This document shows, piece by piece, positions 41,334 to 48,665 of a DNA stretch of 64,000 bases. The translations under genes were made by a program, and so were the position numbers. The DNA comes from an uncultured Bacillota bacterium. Lineage in GTDB: Bacteria; Bacillota; Clostridia; Christensenellales; UBA1242. A model generated the notes under the pieces. It did no database searches and was not told the DNA's origin. It saw only the letters and a program-made list of their open reading frames with translations. Location of the stretch: positions 95,728-159,727 of the forward strand of contig CAOJXO010000001.1 of the NCBI GenBank assembly GCA_948465545.1, given 5' to 3'. Position 1 is the first letter of the stretch. Each line of letters starts with the position of its first letter.

Positions 41334-44261
41334 TTATAACGTTTGCTGACTTTCAGCTCTTTTCTCTCGAATCTCTTGGATATCTTTTCTCGCTTCTTTT
41401 GCAGCCTGTCTGATTTCATCGCCATACATTCTTGTCACTTCATCGTAGGTTTTGATGATGTATTGTGCACTGCGAGCGTCCGAATATCCGCTATATCCTC
41501 TGTGCTGTGCCTTTGGACTGGACTCTCTTTCAAACTTTTCTGAAAGTTCGCGTTTTAAATCGTTGTAGCCTTCGCCAGTTGTCACTCTTTCAACTTTCAT
41601 GCCATCTTTGTTCATTGCTGTCATAATTGCGACCGCAGACTCTTCAACAGCGTCCATAAGAGTTTTGGAAGTAACCCTGCTGTCTTCATGCTTGTTGCCT
41701 TTGCGCATTTCATCAAGAACTTTTGTTGGAATTTCAATGTTGTCATAGCAAACCGTCTTAGTTTGTGGGTCATACCAAATATATGCTTGTCCAAGCACTC
41801 TGGTCTCGCCAGTTGGCTTTCCATTTTCGTCCAAAATACTTTCTTCAAACACAAGAAACCCTGCGTTTGGATTTGTGTATCCATCATCAACACAAGTTTC
41901 TCCGTCCCCACCAAGCACTTGACAACAATTTGTAATGTCTCCAAGCACAAAGCCAAGCGGATCATCTTTTTCAAGAACTCTAAATTGCACGGGATTGCTT
42001 TCTTTTGCTTTGTCAGCTCTTATAATGTAGGTGTCTTTCAACTTTTTAGCAGTCTCATAAACTTCTTGAATATGGTCAAATTGTTCTTGATCATAGCCAT
42101 ATCTTCCGAGCAACTCCGCCAAAATTTCGTTTCCTTCTTCCACACCTTCATATTCAACAAAAGATGAATGTTCAGCAACAAATCTTGGGGAAAGTAATGC
42201 ACGCTCTTCATTTCCATTCACAACTCTGTTTGGATAGTTTTTCAAAATGCTTTCAAACGCATTGTGCGCTGCGCACAAATAATCTTGGCTGTCCATCAAA
42301 TCGCCATCTTTATCACGAAGGCGGAAGTTCATAAAGTCAGGATTGTCTTTATAATATTTCATGAAAAATTGAGCAAATGCTTTGTTGTATTCACCTTTAA
42401 GTGTCAATTTTGAAAATCTTGCATGAATTTCAGCACCAATTTGACTTGGCGTTGGATTTTTTACATACGCATATCCCTCGCGTCCAATAATAGCCTTTCC
42501 CTTTGCAACATATTGCAAAATATATTCAAAAGCCTTTTCACTTTCACCTTGATTTTCTGAAAAGCCACCAATTGCATAGTAAATTTTCATAAGATCAACA
42601 AGTGAATTATTTTTCTCAGTTCCTTCCAGAGTGTCAAAGCCAAGAGTTTTGACAAGTTTGCCCCAACGCCCGCTATTGTTGTTTACAAAATATTTTTCCA
42701 TTTGGCTGGAAGGGAAAACTTCCATCGTATATTCGGGTGGAATAAATTTGATTTTCTTTTCTTCACGCCAAACTTTAAGTTGAACATAGTTCTGTCTGAA
42801 ATTGTTTTCAAACCATTTGCTTACAGGTTTTAAGCCTTGTCCTGCAATTTGCCCGAAATTAATAGTGGCGTCAAAAGCTCCAGACATTCTTTCAGTTTCA
42901 AGTGTTGAAATGCTTTCTCTAACGCAAGATTTTTCAAGTTCAGGATCAACACTTGTTGTCATTGTCAATTTCGTTCCATCTTTTGACAAATAAATATATT
43001 TAAATGCACTGCCAGCAAAAGCTTTCTTATCAATTGAAATTCCTTTTGCTCCACATATAAATTCCAATTGCGTGTTTTGAAGACCTGAGAACGCATTTGC
43101 ACCAACTTTCTTTACGCCATCATGAACAATAATTTTTTCAATCCCTACGCATCCAGCAAACGCATAGTCAGCAATCTCTTTTTCGTATTCTGGGATAACA
43201 TATTCACGCGTTGGCTCACGCGTCAAATCAAGTGCTTGATACAAAAAACCGCTTTTTGAAAAATCCCATTTGTATGGAGTTTCAAATTCTGGATTTCCAT
43301 CCAATTCTTCACTTTTGGCAGAACTTAAAAAGCATCTTTGTAAGCTGTTTTGCCACATAGAACAATTTGAATGATGCCAGTCCGGATAAAATGGCAAGCC
43401 AGACAAGATTGCTTCTTCCGCTTCTAGCTCGATTGTCTCATCTGCACCAAATCTTTTTCCTTTTGGATTGATGCTTTTTGGCAGACGATCCCAGTTTGTT
43501 ATTTCAAATGTCACTGGCTCAACTTCAAGCCAGACTACAGCACCAGTTCTTGGCACAGCACTTCCATCTGCAAACTTTCTGTCGTTGTCATTCCAAACGA
43601 TTGTCCTGACATATTTTTTGCCATTAAGTTCAAATTCTGGATTTTGCTTTGACAAAAAGTCTTTTCCAGATTCTCTTTGACCATTCGTCGTGAAAAGTCT
43701 GCCTGTGCAAGTCAGTCCTGACTTCAAAATTCCACCGTTAAACATTTCTTCAAGCGCTTGTTGGATCTCGTCAGTCGCTTTTGTCTTTGGATATTCTCCA
43801 ATTTTCAAAAAATGTTTTTCTTTCCCACTTTTTGTCTTTTTAGTCTCAAAAATTTCGCTCGCCGACGCGCTTCGCGCGGCGATTAAAGATTGAAGATTAA
43901 GGGACAAAGCGGGAACGGAGCCAAGGGAACTAAGGTTTACAGAGGTAGAGGACCGCGAGCCGTCACTGGTCACACGTCTTACATAGTTTCCATCGTCAGC
44001 CGAACGCGACCAATAAACTCCTGTAAATTTGTCGTTTTCTGCTGTATAGGAAGAATTCTGCCAAGCAAAATTGCATAAAGCAAAGTCTGTGTTTGATTTT
44101 CTTCTTTCTTCGTTTGTTCTGTCAGCCATTTCATCCCAAGAAAGAAGTCTCACGCTGTCAGTTGTGTCAAACTCTCTGCTGGCGTTGTCTCCACGATTGT
44201 CCGTGTTTTTGTTTTTTCTTGCCACAATCATTTGCATAAAGTTTATTTTTTCTTTTGCCAT
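41334..44261 (-). CDS. DGR target protein (975 aa): N-terminal variable domain, BspA-type leucine-rich repeats, large unassigned C-terminal region; no signal peptide
   Basis: GGAGA RBS and ATG at 44261. The VR covers aa ~84-119 (WSRSADDGNYVRRVTSDGSRSSTSVNLSSLGSVPA). The LRR_5-like segment is aa ~353-425 (IPEYEKEIADYAFAGCVGIEKIIVHDGVKKVGANAFSG..). The N-terminus is hydrophilic. Confidence 0.9.
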   Translation of the reverse strand: MAKEKINFMQMIVARKNKNTDNRGDNASREFDTTDSVRLLSWDEMADRTNEERRKSNTDFALCNFAWQNSSYTAENDKFTGVYWSRSADDGNYVRRVTSDGSRSSTSVNLSSLGSVPALSLNLQSLIAARSASASEIFETKKTKSGKEKHFLKIGEYPKTKATDEIQQALEEMFNGGILKSGLTCTGRLFTTNGQRESGKDFLSKQNPEFELNGKKYVRTIVWNDNDRKFADGSAVPRTGAVVWLEVEPVTFEITNWDRLPKSINPKGKRFGADETIELEAEEAILSGLPFYPDWHHSNCSMWQNSLQRCFLSSAKSEELDGNPEFETPYKWDFSKSGFLYQALDLTREPTREYVIPEYEKEIADYAFAGCVGIEKIIVHDGVKKVGANAFSGLQNTQLEFICGAKGISIDKKAFAGSAFKYIYLSKDGTKLTMTTSVDPELEKSCVRESISTLETERMSGAFDATINFGQIAGQGLKPVSKWFENNFRQNYVQLKVWREEKKIKFIPPEYTMEVFPSSQMEKYFVNNNSGRWGKLVKTLGFDTLEGTEKNNSLVDLMKIYYAIGGFSENQGESEKAFEYILQYVAKGKAIIGREGYAYVKNPTPSQIGAEIHARFSKLTLKGEYNKAFAQFFMKYYKDNPDFMNFRLRDKDGDLMDSQDYLCAAHNAFESILKNYPNRVVNGNEERALLSPRFVAEHSSFVEYEGVEEGNEILAELLGRYGYDQEQFDHIQEVYETAKKLKDTYIIRADKAKESNPVQFRVLEKDDPLGFVLGDITNCCQVLGGDGETCVDDGYTNPNAGFLVFEESILDENGKPTGETRVLGQAYIWYDPQTKTVCYDNIEIPTKVLDEMRKGNKHEDSRVTSKTLMDAVEESAVAIMTAMNKDGMKVERVTTGEGYNDLKRELSEKFERESSPKAQHRGYSGYSDARSAQYIIKTYDEVTRMYGDEIRQAAKEARKDIQEIREKRAESQQTL
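43863..43881 (-). promoter_or_regulatory. GC-rich hairpin 23 nt downstream of the VR 3' end
   Basis: CGCGC-GAA-GCGCG (read on the - strand), extendable by 2 bp across one mismatch. It lies in an otherwise AT-rich gene. Confidence 0.55.
43905..44013 (-). repeat. DGR variable repeat (VR)
   Basis: 109 bp aligned to 45570..45678. There are 90 identities and 19 mismatches, and every mismatch is at an A of the TR coding strand. Confidence 0.93.
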
Positions 44262-44344
44262 GCGTTTCTCCTTAAAACTTACATATTAAGTATATCACAT
44301 TTTGTAAAAAAAGTAAATACCTGTGCCTTAAAAAGTTATTCCTC

Positions 44345-45358
44345 TTATGTTTTTATGTATCGTTGCAACAAATTTAAGGCATTTGAATGGCATAAATGTG
44401 CTTTATAAGCGTTTAGTCGCACATTGATATATTCGTCATCGACAAGTTCTTCTTTCCTAAATCGATAAATATGTTTGATATTTCGCCTTAATCTCAATTT
44501 TGCTTGAGCTCTTAAAAGTCGAATGATTTTGCCATTCTCATTTAAAATTGTTCTAAATCCCAAGAAATCAATTCCATTTGAGAGTTTTCCAATTTGTGTT
44601 TTCTCATTAAGTTCAAGATGAAGCTTTTCGTTGCAATAATTTTCTATCTCATTTTTGCAATGTTTGAGATATTCCTTATCTTTATGCACCAAAATCATGT
44701 CGTCCATATAGCGCACATAATATTTTATCCTAAGTTTCTCTTTTATAAAATGGTCAAGTCCATTAAGATAAAAAAGTGCAAACCATTGACTTGTTTGATT
44801 ACCTATTGGGAGCCCAACATTTGTGTCAAAATTTCTGCTGTCGATTATTTGATTTATTATCCACATGACTTTGTCATCAAAATCAACTTTTAAAAGTTGT
44901 CTTTTTAAAATGTCATGGTCGATATTTTGAAAATATTTTCTTACATCGCATTTCAAAAAATAGCCCACATTGTTTTTGTTGATATTATAAAATTTACGCA
45001 AGAATAATTTCAATCTATCAAGTCCAAACATTGTTCCTTTGCATTTTCTGCAAGCAACATTGTCAAAAATCAGTTTATTCTCAAGTTTAGATTCCAATAT
45101 GTTTGTGCAAAAAGCCATCAAAACAACTCTGTCTTTATATGACAGAGCTTCAATGTTTCGCTTTTTGGGCTCGTATATATAAAATTGTTTATATTTGCCG
45201 ATTTGATATGTTTGCTGTAAAAGTTTTTTTGACATTTCAGTCAAATTCTGACTTAAATTTATTTCAAAAGAGATTGTTTCTTTTTTATGCTGCCTTGAAA
45301 GTCTGCATTTTTTGTGTGCAGCGAGCAACTTTTCAAATGTGAAAGCATCTTCAAGCAT
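44345..45358 (-). CDS. DGR reverse transcriptase
   Basis: The start is MLEDAFTFEKLL at 45358, preceded by AAGGAG. RT motifs are present, including PIGNQTSQ (the [ILV]GxxxSQ motif characteristic of DGR RTs) and YVRYMDDMILV (YxDD). Confidence 0.93.
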   Translation of the reverse strand: MLEDAFTFEKLLAAHKKCRLSRQHKKETISFEINLSQNLTEMSKKLLQQTYQIGKYKQFYIYEPKKRNIEALSYKDRVVLMAFCTNILESKLENKLIFDNVACRKCKGTMFGLDRLKLFLRKFYNINKNNVGYFLKCDVRKYFQNIDHDILKRQLLKVDFDDKVMWIINQIIDSRNFDTNVGLPIGNQTSQWFALFYLNGLDHFIKEKLRIKYYVRYMDDMILVHKDKEYLKHCKNEIENYCNEKLHLELNEKTQIGKLSNGIDFLGFRTILNENGKIIRLLRAQAKLRLRRNIKHIYRFRKEELVDDEYINVRLNAYKAHLCHSNALNLLQRYIKT

Positions 45359-45569
45359 ACAATCTCCTTTTAATTTTAAAGATGCCACCACCTGAAAGAC
45401 AGAAAACTTCCAAAGAAACATTCGTTGGTTGTTATGGTGGCAATTTTCTTCCAATTCTTTCGCAAGAGTTTGGAAAAGAGTAAGATTCCTTTGCCTTAAA
45501 CACGGGGTTGCTCCACTTGGATGCAATCACTTCTGGCATTTTATCAAGCATAATGCTTGCTTTATAAGG

Positions 45570-45678
45570 CAAATCGGGAACGGAGCCAAGGTTTCTATTG
45601 TTTACATTGTTATAGTTCCGCGAGCCGTCATTGTTCACATTTCTTACATTGTTTTCATCGTTAGCCGAACGCGACCAA
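45570..45678 (-). repeat. DGR template repeat (TR)
   Basis: Non-coding copy between avd and the RT gene. Read in the VR frame it has 12 Asn (AAC/AAT) codons (WSRSANDENNVRNVNNDGSRNYNNVNNRNLGSVPD). A 211-nt spacer follows before the RT start. Confidence 0.93.
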
Positions 45679-45724
45679 AACAGACAGTCCCAAAAATAAT
45701 CTTACCTTAATTAAAGCGTCACCG

Positions 45725-46300
45725 CTATAATCCGTATTTATTGCCGAGACGATCGGCGTCACTTTTTCTCCAAGCAACAAGCAGATTTATACAATCCGCA
45801 ACTTGCAAAGAGATTTGCTCATATTGCTTTTTCAATATACATTGGCTTTCAAGTGACAAAAAAGCCATGTATCCAAGAAGTTTCAGTTTTAAATATGCTG
45901 TGTGTTGACATTCTTTCCTTCGGTCAATGTTTTTGGCATTGTTCATTTGTAGTGAATTTGCCTCAATCAAATTTTCCAAAGCGTCCAAACAATAATTTTG
46001 CAATCTGTTTACAAAAACAGCTCGAAATCGCTTAGGCGACTTTTCTGTCACGGTGATGACATATGCTGCCAACTTTTTTGTTTTTGTGACAACCAAAAAC
46101 TCGCTTGTGCCTTGACGGATTTTCACCGGCTCGTCAATTTCTGGAATTTCGTTTTTAATGGCAGACGTTTCTTTATATTTTTTGTTTTCTCCGCGTGCAA
46201 CACCTTTTGCGGTTGCAACTCGGTCATCATAAATTTCCTTATTGTCAGCCACATTTGGGATTGTTAATTGAACTCCAATAGGATTTCTTCCTTTGTTCAT
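45725..46300 (-). CDS. avd: Avd-like four-helix-bundle accessory protein with ~70-aa N-terminal extension
   Basis: The C-terminal ~120 aa (KKLAAYVITVTEKSPKRFRAVFVNRLQNYCLDALENLIEANS...QYEQISLQVADCINLLVAWRKS) match the Avd / S23-like helical bundle pattern. The gene sits directly upstream of TR. ATG at 46300 with a GGAAAGGA RBS is preferred over the TTG at 46327. Confidence 0.7.
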   Translation of the reverse strand: MNKGRNPIGVQLTIPNVADNKEIYDDRVATAKGVARGENKKYKETSAIKNEIPEIDEPVKIRQGTSEFLVVTKTKKLAAYVITVTEKSPKRFRAVFVNRLQNYCLDALENLIEANSLQMNNAKNIDRRKECQHTAYLKLKLLGYMAFLSLESQCILKKQYEQISLQVADCINLLVAWRKSDADRLGNKYGL

Positions 46301-46352
46301 ATCCTTTCCTTTTATATATTTTATCAAAAAAATTTATGCTTTTCAATAGGTT

Positions 46353-46754
46353 TTAGAAAATATCTGTAATTGCAAACTTTGCATAGCATATTGACCTTTT
46401 GTCTTTAAAAATGTGCACATCTTTAAGTTTGGCATCTTCTTGCGTTAAGCAAAATACAAAATTTAAAATCAAATCGTTATACAAAACATCATCCATATAT
46501 AAAGGATAGTATTTGTCAAAATAGTCAACAAACTTCTCATGCTTATAAAGATATTCTCTAATCAACAAATGCACTTTATCATAGTTCCGTTGTCTTGTTT
46601 TCTTATTAAGGTTTGCAGCGCAAAAGCAAATTTCTTTTGGGATTATTTCTTTTAAGTCTTGATAGACAACATTGATGAGAAACTTCTCATCTTCTTTTGT
46701 TTGATATAAATGATCAATTAGCTTTCGCTTTTCATCTTGGGTTAAAGTAATCAT
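46353..46754 (-). CDS. hypothetical protein (133 aa)
   Basis: Clean ORF with an RBS, 25 nt upstream of avd and 17 nt downstream of the SLOG gene. No motif recognised. Confidence 0.55.
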   Translation of the reverse strand: MITLTQDEKRKLIDHLYQTKEDEKFLINVVYQDLKEIIPKEICFCAANLNKKTRQRNYDKVHLLIREYLYKHEKFVDYFDKYYPLYMDDVLYNDLILNFVFCLTQEDAKLKDVHIFKDKRSICYAKFAITDIF

Positions 46755-46771
46755 TTTTCTTTTCCTTTAAT

Positions 46772-47290
46772 TTATCTATAATCCTCTGGGTTTATAATTC
46801 TCACTTTGCATCCATTTTCTTGTGCGAAACGCACAGTGTTTCCTGTTCCGCTTCTTTTTCCGCTCCAGCAAGCAATACAAACACTTGAATGTTGCACCAT
46901 CCACAAATTTCTTTCATTAAAACATTCTTGAGTAGGATGGTCTGACAAAATTATTTTGTCGTCACAGTGTCCTAAGATTTTCCAATATCTTTCTTGCTGC
47001 TTTGGTTTCCAATTTTTCTCTTGTCCTTTGCATGGGATAACAGCAATCAACTTGATATGCGGAAAGTCATTTTGCAATTCAATTAAGGTTTCAGCGGCAA
47101 TCATATCAAAGCCCTCTGCCATACCTGTCAAAAAGGTTGTTATTCCATAATTGATTGCGCCAATATAAAGATTTTTCAAATCCTCTTTAAATTTGGCACA
47201 ACTCGGTCTTGTTTCGTTATAGCCCCAAGGCAAGCCAAAAGGTCTGTGTCCGGTGTTGCAAGCGGTTTCTTCTTTAATAATGTTTATCAT
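46772..47290 (-). CDS. SLOG-superfamily protein (DUF1273/YpsA-like)
   Basis: The start is MINIIKEE at 47290 with a GGAAGGA RBS. The TGHRP motif, the GMAEGFD segment and the C-terminal GTGNTV are typical of the YpsA/DUF1273 SLOG fold. Confidence 0.7.
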   Translation of the reverse strand: MINIIKEETACNTGHRPFGLPWGYNETRPSCAKFKEDLKNLYIGAINYGITTFLTGMAEGFDMIAAETLIELQNDFPHIKLIAVIPCKGQEKNWKPKQQERYWKILGHCDDKIILSDHPTQECFNERNLWMVQHSSVCIACWSGKRSGTGNTVRFAQENGCKVRIINPEDYR

Positions 47291-47520
47291 TTCATCCTTC
47301 CTTTTATATCGCGTATGTATCAATACAAAAATGACTTATAATTGAATACTTTTGCAGAATTTGATTAAAAATATATCAGTGTTTGACTTATATAGTGCAG
47401 AGTATATCACACAATGATATAAAATTGCAAATTATTTTGACAAAATTAAAAATTCACATCACTCTTTGATTAAGGCAAAAGATTGCCAGAATTTAAAATT
47501 AAAAAGTGAGGTGAGTTATT

Positions 47521-47853
47521 ATGAAAAATAAGGAAAATTTTAATAAAGAATATAAGGATTTAGTTTTTAAAATCGGTTATTTTAGAAATAAAAACAACTT
47601 GTCGGCAAGAGACACAAGTTTGCGTTTGGGTTTCAGCGATAGTTTTATAAACAGAATTGAAACATATAAAGTTGAATTGAAAGTTTCAACATTGTTGAAG
47701 TTTATGGAGCTGGTGGGAATAACGCCGGAAGAATTTTTCTATGCCAATCCAGAAGATTATGCAAAAGATAAAGAGATCTTTGACCTTATCAAATCATTAA
47801 GTTCTGAAAATAAAGAAACAATACTTGATTTGGCTAAAAAGTTGAAAAGATAA
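47521..47853 (+). CDS. XRE-family helix-turn-helix transcriptional regulator
   Basis: 110 aa with a GAGGTGAG RBS. The HTH reads LSARDTSLRLGFSDSFINRIETYK. Confidence 0.75.
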   Translation: MKNKENFNKEYKDLVFKIGYFRNKNNLSARDTSLRLGFSDSFINRIETYKVELKVSTLLKFMELVGITPEEFFYANPEDYAKDKEIFDLIKSLSSENKETILDLAKKLKR

Positions 47854-47862
47854 ATTGACAAC

Positions 47863-47895
47863 AAAAAACCGAGGGATATTTTCTCTCGGTTTTTT
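47863..47895. terminator. bidirectional terminator
   Basis: AAACCGAGGG-atatttt-CTCTCGGTTT flanked by A and T runs, between convergent genes. Confidence 0.8.
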
Positions 47896-47923
47896 GTATT
47901 TTTAGTTTTAAAGAATTTTGATT

Positions 47924-48646
47924 TTAATCTTCCAACACAACCACATTCACTTTATAAGTGTGAGCAGTACAGGCATCCAGTGCTATCATATCTTTTGTTA
48001 TGAAAGGCTCAAAATTTTCATTTTCTCCAAATTCATCATATTTCTCCGGATATTTTTCGTGCCACAAAGCACTGCAATGCCAATGTCCACACACAATCGT
48101 TTTGTTTGGCTCGTAAATTTCATATCTAAACATATCAACAGGGTTTTGCCAACGAGCTTTTTCCCAGCGCTCTTTGCGGGCATTTCGCCAATCGGCGTCA
48201 TATAAACAGCAATTTTCAATTATAGGTATCCAGCCATGAACAAAGATATAATGTTTTGTTTCAAAATAATCAACGCACAAAGACAGAACTTCTTCAAGCC
48301 CAGTTTCTTTTGCAATTTCTTTCAAGTCAAATTTGCTAACTTGCCATTCTGGGCACAAATCAACGATTGTATAAGCCGTTCCATTTGAAAGATCAGCAAA
48401 ATTGTTTTTATTTCGTTCAATCATTTCTTCCATTAAATATTCATGGTTGCCTTTGATTAGGATTATCTTATTTTTATGAGCCAAAACAAAATCAATAATT
48501 TGTTTTGGCTGACGACCTCTATCAAACAGATCACCACAAACAACTATTTTATGCTGTTGGTTGTCTATGTCAAAATCGTTTTTTTTCAAAGCCGACATCC
48601 ATTCATCAAAGAACCCATGAATGTCAGCACTTACAAAGTATTTCAT
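47924..48646 (-). CDS. calcineurin-like metallophosphoesterase
   Basis: Motifs are DIHG, GDLFDRG, GNHE and VHGW..CGHWH. Confidence 0.8.
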   Translation of the reverse strand: MKYFVSADIHGFFDEWMSALKKNDFDIDNQQHKIVVCGDLFDRGRQPKQIIDFVLAHKNKIILIKGNHEYLMEEMIERNKNNFADLSNGTAYTIVDLCPEWQVSKFDLKEIAKETGLEEVLSLCVDYFETKHYIFVHGWIPIIENCCLYDADWRNARKERWEKARWQNPVDMFRYEIYEPNKTIVCGHWHCSALWHEKYPEKYDEFGENENFEPFITKDMIALDACTAHTYKVNVVVLED

Positions 48647-48665
48647 ATTTACTCTCTTCTATCGG

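Noticed and set aside
43890-44078. A + strand ORF here and the one at 45429..45710 share a similar peptide (..PRAVTGHTSYIVSIVSRTRP.. versus ..PRAVIVHISYIVFIVSRTRP..), which suggests paralogous small genes
   Set aside because: They are the antisense strands of VR and TR. The similarity reflects the DGR repeat, and both lie inside or opposite real - strand features.
44345-45526. Full-length 393-aa ORF for the RT, and alternative identities for it (group II intron maturase, retron RT)
   Set aside because: The first 56 codons have no RT similarity and no RBS, while Met57 (45358) follows AAGGAG. I saw no intron ribozyme domains or X/maturase region. I saw no retron msr/msd inverted repeats either. 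The adenine-specific TR/VR pair assigns the RT to a DGR.
45432-45638. 68-aa ORF on the - strand (MNNDGSRNYNNVNNRNLGSVPD...)
   Set aside because: It is the DGR template repeat read in the VR frame and running on into the TR-RT spacer. It has no RBS, and the Asn-rich content is the TR signature, not a gene.
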